Of a stretch of DNA of 64,000 nucleotides, positions 63,493 through 64,000 are shown in pieces. Source of the stretch: a virus (taxonomy: Duplodnaviria > Caudoviricetes); the IMG/VR virus record IMGVR_UViG_3300046615_000401, positions 1 through 64,000 of that record; one strand, written 5' to 3'. The position numbers and the translations under genes are program-made. Under the pieces are notes generated by a model. The model was given only the letters and a program-made list of their open reading frames with translations, had not been told where the DNA came from and did no database searches. Within the stretch, counting starts at the first letter, position 1; the number at the start of each line of letters is the position of its first letter.

Positions 63493-63998
63493 TTGGTTTC
63501 CTTTATGACGAGTCGATTTGCTAGATTTCGCAAGTCAGTAGCACACGCAGGGGATTCGTCTTTACGCTCCATATAATCCGCCAAGCTTTTAAGCATACGG
63601 ATGTCTATGGCTGTTACCTGCCCTTGGCTGCTACCGGCAGCGTCTAAGACCGTGCGGAATGCCTGCACAAGCTCCGCGCCATCCACCATGTCCCAAGCGC
63701 CGTGACCGAGTCCTACCAAATCGGTGACTTGTTCGATTACCTGCTCATCACTCAGCGTGGCCGGTGGAACTGGCGCGGCAGCGGCGAGACAAGCAGCAAC
63801 GATATCGTAGGTAGTGTCGCTACCAGATTGCCGACACTGGTACACAATTGCATCAATCTGCGACTTGCTCAGCGTGGCCGGTTCTGGCGCATCGACTTGA
63901 AGGGCCGTGTAAAGTGGCGTGACAGATACCGATGCCGATACTTTGGCTTCGCCCTGCTGCGCCTGGAGGGCTGCGCGGAGGTTCCACGCGGCGATAGC
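63489..63998 (-). CDS. Partial CDS running off the window; Lar-like AIAAWN.R motif followed by modular repeats
   Basis: The frame is open to the window edge (AIAAWNLRAALQAQQ...); the track start at 63845 is an internal GTG. Confidence 0.65.
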   Translation of the reverse strand, partial: AIAAWNLRAALQAQQGEAKVSASVSVTPLYTALQVDAPEPATLSKSQIDAIVYQCRQSGSDTTYDIVAACLAAAAPVPPATLSDEQVIEQVTDLVGLGHGAWDMVDGAELVQAFRTVLDAAGSSQGQVTAIDIRMLKSLADYMERKDESPACATDLRNLANRLVIKETK

Positions 63999-64000
63999 AG

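Overview
This window is most of a lytic N4-like phage genome (Schitoviridae-type), read in reverse of the N4 map. No host DNA, integrase or CRISPR array is seen. The + strand late block (0.4-26.2 kb) carries the terminases, portal, major capsid, virion/ejection proteins and a 3,506-aa virion RNA polymerase; an inverted dUTPase sits inside it. The - strand middle/replication block (26.7-39 kb and 48.6-64 kb) carries a RuvC-like resolvase, SSB, Sak4-like ATPase, primase, nuclease, class II RNR, ThyX, rIIA/rIIB, family A DNA polymerase, Dda-like helicase, a vWA metallopeptidase, an HNH nuclease and many small genes. A + strand tail-appendage and lysis cassette (39.1-48.6 kb) interrupts that block. 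The most unusual signal is a roughly 354-nt, end-paired, multi-helix non-coding element at 26281-26634 (- strand) with two TPsiC-arm hairpins in a permuted tRNA-like order; it is not a canonical tRNA. Other notable items are a release-factor-like domain lacking GGQ, a natural Tyr-to-Phe change in vRNAP motif B, a capsid insertion domain, and lectin/propeller/lyase-like tail proteins sharing a Cys-containing repeat. All family calls come from motifs recognised by eye plus N4 synteny; no searches or folding programs were run. N4 gp numbers are synteny-based inferences.
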